Positions 28,455-37,291 of a stretch of DNA of 42,267 bases are shown one piece after another. Under the pieces are notes generated by a model. The model saw only the letters and a list, made by a program, of their open reading frames with translations. It ran no database searches and was not told where the DNA came from. This DNA is from a bacterium (lineage in GTDB: Bacteria; Zhuqueibacterota; Zhuqueibacteria; Oceanimicrobiales; Oceanimicrobiaceae). Position 1 is the stretch's first letter. Each line of letters begins with the position of its first letter. The position numbers and the translations under genes were made by a program. The stretch covers positions 1-42,267 of the forward strand of contig JBHHXN010000026.1 of assembly GCA_046757025.1 (NCBI GenBank), given 5' to 3'.

Positions 28455-29234
28455 TTACCTCGCCATCCAACCTCCATCCACCAGCAGGATGTGTCCGTTG
28501 ACGTAATTCGAAGCCTCGGAAGCCAAAAAAACCGCGGCGCCTTTCAAGTCCGCCGGTTTGCCCCAGCGGCCAGTGGGAATGCGCGCAGTGATTTCCCGAT
28601 TTCGAACCTCGTCCTGGCGCAGCGTGGCGGTGTTGTCGGTCTCGAAGTAGCCCGGCGCGATGGCGTTCACCTGCACGTTGTGTTTGGCCCACTCGTTGGC
28701 CAACGCTTTGGTCAACTGCGCCACCCCGCCTTTGCTGGCGGCGTAGGCTGGTACCGTGATGCCGCCGGAAAAACTCAACAGCGAAGCGACGTTGATGATC
28801 TTGCCGCATTTCTGATCGATCATGATTTTACCGACTTCCCGGCAAAAATGAAACAGTCCATTCAAATTGGTGTCCAGAACCGCCTGCCAATCCTCGTCCG
28901 AATATTCGTGCGCCGGCGCCCGGCGAATAGTACCGGCGTTGTTCACCAGAATATCGATTTTGCCAAGTTCGGACATGGACTTGTCAACCGCGTTTTCAAT
29001 CTGGGTGAAATCGGACACATCGCAGGTCAGAGGCAATACCCTTCTGCCCAGCCGGGCAATCGTCTGCTTCGTCTGCTCAAGATTCTGAGCATCGGTACTC
29101 AGCGCCACAATGTCGGCGCCGGCCTCTGCCAGGCCGATGGCCATGCCCTGCCCTAGCCCGCGGCTGGCGCCGGTCACCACGGCCACCTTGCCGTCTAATC
29201 GAAATTGCTCCAGGATATTTTTGTTATCGCTCAT
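28455..29234 (-). CDS. kduD: 2-dehydro-3-deoxy-D-gluconate 5-dehydrogenase
   Basis: TGASRGLGQG, NNAGTIRR, ASLLSFSGG, YAASK, NAIAPGY..TDNT and VDGGWMAR motifs; kduI is nearby. Confidence 0.9.
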   Translation of the reverse strand: MSDNKNILEQFRLDGKVAVVTGASRGLGQGMAIGLAEAGADIVALSTDAQNLEQTKQTIARLGRRVLPLTCDVSDFTQIENAVDKSMSELGKIDILVNNAGTIRRAPAHEYSDEDWQAVLDTNLNGLFHFCREVGKIMIDQKCGKIINVASLLSFSGGITVPAYAASKGGVAQLTKALANEWAKHNVQVNAIAPGYFETDNTATLRQDEVRNREITARIPTGRWGKPADLKGAAVFLASEASNYVNGHILLVDGGWMAR

Positions 29235-30427
29235 AACTCATTCTCGTTTATTAAGTCACTTTTATCTGCCGGCAGCTTGCGGGCGTCATACACCACCCTG
29301 CCGGCGACGATGGTTTTGTGGATTTTTATTTCCCCTTTTTCTAATGTAAAAAGAATCAGGTCGGCGCGCAAACCGGTTTTGATTTCCCCCCGGTCCGGCA
29401 ACCGGTTCAAAACGGCTGGATTTTTACTCGCCGCATGAATGGCGTCGGTCAGGGAACAATGGGTAAACTTCATGAGGTTGATCACACCGCGGTGCAGCGG
29501 CAGCGAAGCCCCGGCCTGGACGTTCTGCTCAGGCAATTTAATCATCCCGTTTGCAGTCAACTCGATTTTCTGGCCGTTCCATTCATACTCGCCGGCCGGC
29601 ATGCCGGCCAGCATGGTGGCGTCGGAGATCAGCACAATTCGCTGCGGCCCTTTGACTTTGAAAAACACCTGCACCTCTTCGGGTCGCAAGTGACAGTCAT
29701 CCACAATCAAACTGGCATGCAGTCGGTCTTCCGCTAACTGCGGCCAGAGGGGGTTTTTGTGGCGATGAATCTGATTTGCACAGGCGTTGCCGAGATGGGT
29801 GGAGATGACTACGCCCGCGTCCACCGCCTTCTGGATGGTCTGTGCAGAGGCGTTATGATGCCCCATTGCCACCACGATGCCAGCCTTCACGCAATTGCGT
29901 ATGAAATCCAACGCACCGGGGAGTTCCGGCGCCAATGTGATTTGCCGAATTTTGTTTTGTGCGGCACGATTCAATTCCAAAAACTCTGGCCAGTCCGGCG
30001 GCCGCACCCAGGCTTTTGGGTGCGCACCGCGATAGCCGTCCTCCGGTGAAATGTACGGGCCTTCCAGATGAAAACCCGGCAGCGAGAGACCGATTTCAGG
30101 ATCAGCCTGCACCCTTGCCAGAACTGAAAAATTCTCTTGAAGTCGCGCCTTCTCAGCCGTAATCAAAGTCGGCAGATAGGTGGTGACGCCATGCTGCCAG
30201 AGCGCGCGCGTGACCTTGCGCACGGCTTCCACGGTCAACCCCAGAGCGGTGAAATCCACGCCCGCGTAGCCATTGACCTGGTTATCCACCAGGCCCGGCG
30301 CTACCAGAAGGTTCTGACTTTCAGAACGGCGAAGATCCGCTTTCTCCCGCACCTGCACGATCAAACCGCTCTCGATCTCGATGACAACAAGCCTGTTGTC
30401 GGTGTAAAGGCGTGCTTCGATTTGCAT
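29231..30427 (-). CDS. nagA: N-acetylglucosamine-6-phosphate deacetylase
   Basis: PGLVDNQVNG, HLEGPY, TLAPE, GH, THLGN, SD and NPA motifs; ATGA overlap with kduD. Confidence 0.88.
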   Translation of the reverse strand: MQIEARLYTDNRLVVIEIESGLIVQVREKADLRRSESQNLLVAPGLVDNQVNGYAGVDFTALGLTVEAVRKVTRALWQHGVTTYLPTLITAEKARLQENFSVLARVQADPEIGLSLPGFHLEGPYISPEDGYRGAHPKAWVRPPDWPEFLELNRAAQNKIRQITLAPELPGALDFIRNCVKAGIVVAMGHHNASAQTIQKAVDAGVVISTHLGNACANQIHRHKNPLWPQLAEDRLHASLIVDDCHLRPEEVQVFFKVKGPQRIVLISDATMLAGMPAGEYEWNGQKIELTANGMIKLPEQNVQAGASLPLHRGVINLMKFTHCSLTDAIHAASKNPAVLNRLPDRGEIKTGLRADLILFTLEKGEIKIHKTIVAGRVVYDARKLPADKSDLINENEL

Positions 30428-30436
30428 GTTAAAATT

Positions 30437-32188
30437 TTATTTACTTAAGTCAGTTAATTTGGCTATTTCCATACCCGCAGTCATGACTGCGCCCAGGCCT
30501 CTGGGATCGTGGTCAAATGTTTGCCGTTTAAAATAAAACTCCAGGTCTTCTCCAATGCCGGTGCCGCGGCAGATTCCCCGCACCGTGCCGTCGGCCGCGA
30601 TTTTTTGAGTCAAGGCCTGCCAGGCTTTTAACGCAGGCGCACGGTAAGAATCATCCAGCCAGCCGTTGCGCACACCCCGCGCCATGGCCAAAGTAAACAT
30701 GGCCGTGCACGAGGTTTCCTCGTACGACTGCGGATGATCCAGCACCTGGTGCCACATACCGCGCTCATTCTGGTAGCGCAGCAGTCCGGCCAGATGTTCT
30801 TGAAAGAGGGTTTTAATCTTGTCGTATACCGCATGCGTTTCGGGCAGCAGACGCAACGCCTCAGAAACCGCCCAGACGATCCAGCCGTTGGCACGCCCCC
30901 AGTAAACCGTCGAAGTCTGCTGTGTGGAACTAAACCAGCCATGATTGAACAGGCCTTTTTCAGGGTTAAACAAATAACTATTAAAATGAAGGATCTGTTT
31001 TGCCACATCGTCAAAATAGCGCGCGTCTCCGGTCAGTTTAGCCATCCGAAGTAAAAACGGCACGCTCATGAACAGGTCGTCAGCCCAGACCGTCATGGGC
31101 GTGGGTTCCGGCCGGCAAAAGGTGCCGTCTGGCAATCGCACCTGCTCTTGCCTGATGTAATCCGCAATGGGCATGATGAATTCACGGTAGCGCTGGTCTG
31201 GATTGCGCAATTGCATTTCAAGAAACGGCAGGGCCGGCGCGCCGGTGTCATCGAGCATGATACGGCGAAACAAGCGGTGGTAGCTTCCCCGAAGGGCATG
31301 CAAAGTTTCGTATTGCCATCTGAAATAATCCTGATTAACCAGGGTAAATTCACAAAATCGCGCAACAAAATCAACGTATTTTTTATCACCTGTGGCGTCA
31401 CCTAATTGCAACAGAGTCAGCATGGTGGCGCCGTTGGCATAGTGCCATTCCAAATACGATTCCCTTTGATACGAATTGCCGGGCTTGATGAGCAGTTGCG
31501 CTAAATAATTGTGCGGTAAATGTCTCCAGACATATTTTTCATTTCCAAAAACATAAAACGGCTTGATGGCTTCCTCTGGCGGAAAAACAGATTTCAAAGC
31601 ATCCCCCCCTTGTGGGGGAAACGGTCCCGTGCAAAGCCAGGCTTCGGATTTTTTCTCCGGATCGGATAAAAATCTCACCGAACGCTCCAGCTCCCCGTCC
31701 GCTTTAGTGGGCCGCAGAAAGAAAACCCAGTGCTGCGGATTGGAAACGCATTTTACCAGAATCGGGTTTTGGCCTTTCTGCAGCGAAAGCGTCATCGTGT
31801 CCTGAAAAACGATTTTATTGTATGCGATTTCCGTGAAATGCGGCACACGCTCGCCGGCTTGCTGAAAGACTTCCTGACCGTTAAGCCAAATCTTCAAATT
31901 CCCACTGTGGGATAATCCAAACTGCACGGTGGTGTCGTTGTCGCTGTTAATATGGTTCAGGGCATAGCCCACACCGGCGGCCTGCTCACCGAACAACTGC
32001 TGGAAATCGACTATCTGTACCCCCAGGACGGTCTTTTGCGGCGCTCGTTCGAAGTCAAAGGCGGTCTCGCGAATGATTTTGTCCGCCACCGTTCTCACGA
32101 TCGGAATCGGCTCTGACTCGCCCGCCTTTTTGCGTGCACAGGATACAACCAGAATTAAATTCAAAACTAAGATTAATATGCTTTTCAT
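30437..32188 (-). CDS. GH105/GH88-type unsaturated glycuronyl hydrolase lipoprotein with an inserted beta-sandwich domain
   Basis: Start reassigned to the ATG at 32188 (MKSILILVLNLILVVSC). Motifs WHYANG, LDDTG, WADDLFM, HGW, WGRANGW, YQ...GMWHQVLD, ETSCTAMF and GICRGT. Confidence 0.88.
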   Translation of the reverse strand: MKSILILVLNLILVVSCARKKAGESEPIPIVRTVADKIIRETAFDFERAPQKTVLGVQIVDFQQLFGEQAAGVGYALNHINSDNDTTVQFGLSHSGNLKIWLNGQEVFQQAGERVPHFTEIAYNKIVFQDTMTLSLQKGQNPILVKCVSNPQHWVFFLRPTKADGELERSVRFLSDPEKKSEAWLCTGPFPPQGGDALKSVFPPEEAIKPFYVFGNEKYVWRHLPHNYLAQLLIKPGNSYQRESYLEWHYANGATMLTLLQLGDATGDKKYVDFVARFCEFTLVNQDYFRWQYETLHALRGSYHRLFRRIMLDDTGAPALPFLEMQLRNPDQRYREFIMPIADYIRQEQVRLPDGTFCRPEPTPMTVWADDLFMSVPFLLRMAKLTGDARYFDDVAKQILHFNSYLFNPEKGLFNHGWFSSTQQTSTVYWGRANGWIVWAVSEALRLLPETHAVYDKIKTLFQEHLAGLLRYQNERGMWHQVLDHPQSYEETSCTAMFTLAMARGVRNGWLDDSYRAPALKAWQALTQKIAADGTVRGICRGTGIGEDLEFYFKRQTFDHDPRGLGAVMTAGMEIAKLTDLSK

Positions 32189-32260
32189 TTTTCTGACTTT
32201 TGTTTTTAATGATTTCTGCAAAATTAATTTACCTGCATTATTCAAAATACTATGCATCCT

Positions 32261-32437
32261 GTCATGCCTGCGAAAGCAGGCATCCAGTGATATTTGCCTA
32301 TAAATGACTCTGTTGATAAAGTCGAAGAAACATTCAGCCTGAGTCCCGAAGTAAATTCGGGAAAGCATGACGTAAAAACAACAGCTTATCACCCTTCGAC
32401 GCAGTTTATCCTGAGCTTGTCGAAGGGCTCAGGGTGA
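32261..32437. repeat. Cluster of REP-like palindromes
   Basis: GTCATGCCTGCGAAAGCAGGCATCCA...GCATGAC (32261-32371) and CCCTTCGAC...CTGAGCTTGTCGAAGGGCTCAGGGTGA (32392-32437). Confidence 0.7.
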
Positions 32438-32467
32438 AGAAATTTGGACTTTTCGGTCAATCACTAA

Positions 32468-32620
32468 TTAGTGTCCATCCGTAAAGAGCCCTTTTTTGTC
32501 ATTCCCGCAATCTTTAAGCGGGAATCCATTGTTCCGTTAGGCACGAGATTCCCGATGAGCTTGTCCCTGCATGTTTTAAGCAGGGAGCACTCGGGAATGA
32601 CGATTACGGATGGACACTAA
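32468..32620. mobile_element. 153-bp MITE with perfect 17-bp terminal inverted repeats, enclosing a GTCAT...ATGAC element
   Basis: TTAGTGTCCATCCGTAA (32468-32484) / TTACGGATGGACACTAA (32604-32620); inner GTCATTCCCGC...GGGAATCC...GATTCCCG...CGGGAATGAC at 32498-32601. Confidence 0.8.
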
Positions 32621-32807
32621 GTATGAATATGACAAAAATTAGTCAATTTAATCCTCAGGTTGACGCCAATTTGTTAACCGGGAACCACTCGAATCTTTGG
32701 CATTATTTCAATTCTTTTCATCCATGCCACAAAATTAGCACTGACTTTTCTATCGAATCAATTTTACTCACTGTTTTCCCATGTCCATCGGTGTTCAATT
32801 TCCTACG

Positions 32808-35378
32808 TTACTTTTCAATTATTCGATATTTGTAGTCGTGATTTCGAATCACGGCATCCGGCAGCCGAAATGAAAATCCCCAGCCGCCTTTGCCCTGGTC
32901 GATCTTGAGCAGGAGATGGTTTCTCCCCTTGACCAGAGGCAGCGCGACCTCGTTTTCATCCGCCGTCAAATTGCGCTTGCCGTGCCATTCGAATATCGTC
33001 TGGCCGTTGAGGATCACTTTGATGCCGTCGTTGCTGCCGAGTGTGGCGCGGACGGCTTTCTCCCCGGGGCTTTCGATTCGCGCATAAGCATAGGCCAGCG
33101 CCAGCGTGTTTTGTTCATACAACTGCGCCAGATCCACTTCGGCGTATTTAGGCGAAGTGACCTTCTGCCAACGGTAAGTTTGCCCATCCAGACCCTGGAA
33201 TTGCCCGGCTACCTGACCGCGGGCTTGGCGCTCTCCACCCAGGCTCGCCAGATGGTCCACTTTGTAGCCGTCCGGTCGCGGACAGGGGAACGGCCCCACC
33301 ATGAGCCAGCTTTGAAAATACTGCCCGCTGACTTTTTCGATGTCCAGGCGGACTTCGTTTGGCGGGGGCAAATATTGCCCCTGGTCGAAGTTGGCCAGCG
33401 CAGCTAAGAGACGGCGCTGCACATCCTGCAGAGCCTGCCATTTTTCATCGTAGCGTTCCAGAATACGATCCAGCGAATAGACGCGATTTTCCCGCAACCA
33501 CAGCTCGGCAAACTCATTGCGCAGTCCGGTGAGCGACTGAAGCGATCGGTTGACCGCCCCCAGAGCCTGCAGCACGCTCGCCCGCGCCTGAACCCGTTCG
33601 GTTTTCTGTTGAATGCAGGCGGCGCGGTAGGACTCCGCGGCTTCTACCGTGTTCTGCCGGCTCAGCGCCATGAAACGGTACTGCCCGATGGTGAACCGCA
33701 GGTAGTCCAGGTCTGCGGCAAAGCGCGTGGGTTGGGTTTGAGCAAGGGCTGCTTCCGCTTTCTCGCAAATGCTCAGCACCTCGTCCCAGGAATTGAGGTT
33801 GATCTTGAGTTTCTCTCCCCTATCCGGCACCAGCTTGCTCCAAAACACTTTTTCGTTCATTTCCTGTGTGGGCGCGAGGTTAGTCAGTTCGGCCAGCCGC
33901 CAGATGGTCTGCGAAATTTTACCATTCGGGTCGCCGTACACAGCCCGGTCAAACCGCCGGTCGAAATCGCGATCGGCTCCGGAATCCACATTCCAGCTCT
34001 TTTCCGCGGCAAAGGCCACGCCGTACCAGTCGCGCGCGAACAGCGCCGAGCCGCCGTTGTCCCACACCGTATTCAAAACTCCCAGCACCTCATATCTTGC
34101 GGCGGTTTCCACGAACCCCTTGATGTTGCCCACGGTCATGAAATAGTCCGGCATGATGCGGCGGGAGTTCAAAATCCCGCAGGAAATCATCACATCAAAG
34201 CCGGCGTCTTTTACCGGTTTGATGATAAAGTCAAACGAATCCAGGGCGCTGTAGTGCCAGGCGCCGACGATGATGTCCTTCGGAAACTGCGCCAGCATTT
34301 CGGGATGGCTGAGAGCTATATCGCCCCACATCATCATGCGTTTATCGTACTGCCGCAGAATTGCGTGCAGCCGCAGCAGGTGCTGCGCATAAACCGCGGC
34401 CACACCCAGACTGTCCACCAGGTGCTTGGAAGCGCCGCGCCCCAGGTCCCAGGTCTCGTCCGAGTTGACATTGAAAAAAGGCGCGTTGAACGCCGGCGCC
34501 ATCTCCGCGTAAATATCCTCCAGCAAGCGGTAGCTTTCTTCAAAGGCCGGCGACAGCAAACGTCCCGATTCTCCCAGATGCTGGTATTGCGGGTAGGACA
34601 GTATCTTCTCGAAATGGCCGAAAGACTGAAAATTCCCCATCAGGTAAACATGATATTTTTTTGCGTAGTCGGAAAGCGCGCGCCAGTCGTCGATGGACAG
34701 GGCGCCGCCGGCCGGCGCAAAGTCGCCGTGACTTTTGGTGGCCACCACGTGCTCGGTGTAATACGAAAGCATGTTCAATTTCAGCTCTGCACAGCGGCGC
34801 ACCTGGGATTTCATGAAGGCCATGGTGGGTACGGGCCCGCGACTGATGTCGTCCTGCATGCCGCGGTAGCGAAAAGCCGGCCAGTCCACTATCTTCAAGC
34901 ACGGAAGGCGGCGCGGGTGCGAGCGTCCCCTCGCCAGTTGTTTCAAAGTTTGCAGGCCGTAGAATACACCCGCATCCGTGTTGGCAGCCAGAAGAATCCG
35001 CTGGGATTCGATGAGAAGGACGTAGCCATCCTCCCCGATCCTCGTTTCCGGCCAGACGCCCTTTTCACGGCAGAGTTTGTTAAATTGCCCATCCCGCTGC
35101 GGAATGCCTAACCAGATGGTGGCGGCGGTTTTTTCTTGCGAAGGTTGATCTGGATTTAAACCGAGCGCCTCGCGCAGCTCGTTTACCTCGCGTGCAAGGA
35201 TTTCGGAGTTTTCCACCGCCAGATAAATCCGAATCTGGCCGGGCCTGAGCAAAAACGATCCCTTGTGCAGCTTAACTTCTCTTGGCCAAGGAACCAACGG
35301 CAGAAAACGCTCTTTTGCCAGCAAGACTTCGACCCCTAAAAGCAGAAAAATAAGGCAGACAACCTTTTTCGTTCTCAT
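32808..35378 (-). CDS. GH20-family beta-N-acetylhexosaminidase, secreted, with a C-terminal beta-sandwich domain
   Basis: Signal peptide (likely start ATG 35378 or 35399); GH20b LVPWP..EDGYVL..G.FYGLQTL; DWPAFRYRG..DDISRG, QSFGH, catalytic DE in NSDETW, MWGD and W.Y. Confidence 0.85.
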   Translation of the reverse strand: MRTKKVVCLIFLLLGVEVLLAKERFLPLVPWPREVKLHKGSFLLRPGQIRIYLAVENSEILAREVNELREALGLNPDQPSQEKTAATIWLGIPQRDGQFNKLCREKGVWPETRIGEDGYVLLIESQRILLAANTDAGVFYGLQTLKQLARGRSHPRRLPCLKIVDWPAFRYRGMQDDISRGPVPTMAFMKSQVRRCAELKLNMLSYYTEHVVATKSHGDFAPAGGALSIDDWRALSDYAKKYHVYLMGNFQSFGHFEKILSYPQYQHLGESGRLLSPAFEESYRLLEDIYAEMAPAFNAPFFNVNSDETWDLGRGASKHLVDSLGVAAVYAQHLLRLHAILRQYDKRMMMWGDIALSHPEMLAQFPKDIIVGAWHYSALDSFDFIIKPVKDAGFDVMISCGILNSRRIMPDYFMTVGNIKGFVETAARYEVLGVLNTVWDNGGSALFARDWYGVAFAAEKSWNVDSGADRDFDRRFDRAVYGDPNGKISQTIWRLAELTNLAPTQEMNEKVFWSKLVPDRGEKLKINLNSWDEVLSICEKAEAALAQTQPTRFAADLDYLRFTIGQYRFMALSRQNTVEAAESYRAACIQQKTERVQARASVLQALGAVNRSLQSLTGLRNEFAELWLRENRVYSLDRILERYDEKWQALQDVQRRLLAALANFDQGQYLPPPNEVRLDIEKVSGQYFQSWLMVGPFPCPRPDGYKVDHLASLGGERQARGQVAGQFQGLDGQTYRWQKVTSPKYAEVDLAQLYEQNTLALAYAYARIESPGEKAVRATLGSNDGIKVILNGQTIFEWHGKRNLTADENEVALPLVKGRNHLLLKIDQGKGGWGFSFRLPDAVIRNHDYKYRIIEK

Positions 35379-35391
35379 TTGCTTACTGCAC

Positions 35392-37041
35392 CTATTCATT
35401 TTGCAGGTTCCCAAACAATTTGACCGCCCCATCTTTAACGCCCGTACCAATTTCAACTATTTGTTTTGCGTTGCGCAGGTCGTTGGTAACCAGGCTAATC
35501 CCTTTCGTTCGTTCTCCTATGACGTACAGGAAGACGGCCACTGGGTCTGCCACGCGGCTGCCCGTGATAAACGCCTCATACGTATCGACAAAACGGAATA
35601 GCGATGGAGTTTCCGCGGCGGCCTGTGCGCGCAAACCCGCGATGTTCAGGTCTTGCACATCGTCACAAATCAGCGCCGGGCGTTGGTCTGGTTTCTGAAA
35701 TGAGAGGTCCATGTTTCTCAGGGATACCCCTTTCACATGGCGGATGAAAAATCCGTAAGCCGGCAGCTTGCCAAAGATTCTACTGCCGGGGTAGCCGTCT
35801 TCGTTTTCAGGCACCACTTTTGATGCGAGCTCCAGAGTACCGCCGCCGGCAAATTCGATATGGATATCGCTCAAGGCCACGTTTTCGATTGGGTGTCCGG
35901 GAATGCCAGTAATCGAACATCCGTTATCGCTGGCGCCAGTGGCGATGACGTTGCTGATCTTCACATTCCTGAAAATGCCCACTGGCGGTTTTTCCTGGCC
36001 TTCATAGTAAGTTCGTCCGCGGTTGCCGAGCCGCATAAAAATCGGCGTGGCCGCACCGTCGATGCGGATGTTCGAGATGAGCACGCCGTCGAGTATGCCG
36101 CCGTCCACCATGCCCAGGGTGATGCCGCCGACGCCGTTTGGCTGGCCGTAGATCAGGGTGTCGCTAACAGAGGGCTTGATCACGATATTTGAAATGGTAA
36201 TGTTTCGAAAACCGCCGTGCGATTCGGTACCCAATTTGATGGCGTTGACATGACTGCTGATCACACAATTTGTAATCGTGACATTTTCGGTTATACGGCC
36301 AGAAGTGCTTTTCAGTGTGATGCCGTCATCATCGGTGTCGCCAAAACAATCCGACACCACCACGTTGCGGCAGCCATCGATGTCGATCATATCGTTGTTT
36401 TTATTGCAATGATTGAAAACATTGATGCCGCGAATGACGACATCTTCACAGGCCAGATAGTGCTGCATCCAGCGGGCTGAATTCCTGAGGGTAAGATTTT
36501 CCACCAGCACATTCTTGCAAGCGATTAGCCAGATATTGAAGGGGCGGTCTTTGTAGCGATGCGGTTTCTTGTTGTTGACGATCTTAAACGCTCCGCCCTG
36601 TCCATCGATGGTGCCGCGCCCCACAAGCGCGATGTTCTGCAAGTTTTCCCCGAAAATAAAACCCTGTGTCTGAAAGGCGTCGTTATAGGAACGAAACTTC
36701 GGTTTGATTCTGGGATAATCTTTCAGGTCGGTGCTGCCCAGTAAAGTAGCGCCGGCACTGATGTGCAAGGTCACCTGGCTTTTCATAAAAATGGTACCGG
36801 ACAAATACGTACCTGGAGGCAGGAGGACCGTACCGCCCGTTCTGGCACAAGCATCGACGGCAGCTTGAATGGCCGGCGTGTCCAGGGTGGAGCCATCGCC
36901 TTTTGCGCCGTAATCTTTCACATTGAAAACAGCGGTATTTTCATTTGTCCACGCTTCAGCCATAACCGCGCCATTAAAAAACAGCAAACTAACAAAGCAA
37001 CAAATGAAAGATATTTTCGAAATTATTAAATGTGGTTTCAT
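35392..37041 (-). CDS. GH28-family glycoside hydrolase (right-handed beta-helix), secreted
   Basis: FNVKDYGAKGDG, PPGTYLSG, GTIDGQG, NNDMIDID, DDDGITLKS and AIKLGTES motifs; signal peptide; likely start ATG 37041. Confidence 0.88.
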   Translation of the reverse strand: MKPHLIISKISFICCFVSLLFFNGAVMAEAWTNENTAVFNVKDYGAKGDGSTLDTPAIQAAVDACARTGGTVLLPPGTYLSGTIFMKSQVTLHISAGATLLGSTDLKDYPRIKPKFRSYNDAFQTQGFIFGENLQNIALVGRGTIDGQGGAFKIVNNKKPHRYKDRPFNIWLIACKNVLVENLTLRNSARWMQHYLACEDVVIRGINVFNHCNKNNDMIDIDGCRNVVVSDCFGDTDDDGITLKSTSGRITENVTITNCVISSHVNAIKLGTESHGGFRNITISNIVIKPSVSDTLIYGQPNGVGGITLGMVDGGILDGVLISNIRIDGAATPIFMRLGNRGRTYYEGQEKPPVGIFRNVKISNVIATGASDNGCSITGIPGHPIENVALSDIHIEFAGGGTLELASKVVPENEDGYPGSRIFGKLPAYGFFIRHVKGVSLRNMDLSFQKPDQRPALICDDVQDLNIAGLRAQAAAETPSLFRFVDTYEAFITGSRVADPVAVFLYVIGERTKGISLVTNDLRNAKQIVEIGTGVKDGAVKLFGNLQNE

Positions 37042-37291
37042 GGCGTTTTCATTTTTCCATTTAGATTTCAACCATTTTGCGGCTCGTCTATAAGCCGGCT
37101 TTAAATTTTCAAATCCGGTTTCAACGTTTCCCAGATCCAGTCCGATTTCACCTTTAACACCGATTAGCTGTTGACTCTCAAAAAAGGATTCTCATTTTAT
37201 TACACTCTCGCCGGGGGTAAATGCTCGACCTGCAACCCGCCGTTGTCTGAAAGACATCGGTGTCCTAGCTAAGGCCTGCTCACCCAAGGGA

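Noticed and set aside
32189..32392. N-terminal extension of the GH105 ORF in the track (similarly 17398-17604 for the HAD and 38543-38620 for the NRAMP-like gene)
   Set aside because: The extensions run through repeats or overlap upstream genes; downstream starts give proper signal peptides or ribosome-binding sites.
33609..35111. 500-aa plus-strand ORF (similarly 17552-18502, 15434-16291, 28491-29156 and 8938-9561)
   Set aside because: Antisense shadows of well-supported minus-strand genes; no recognisable motifs; expected from codon bias.
37075..37290. Possible riboswitch (cobalamin-like GGGAA...) upstream of GH28
   Set aside because: Only a fragmentary resemblance; the B12 box and conserved stems were not found. 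An Infernal/Rfam scan would settle it.
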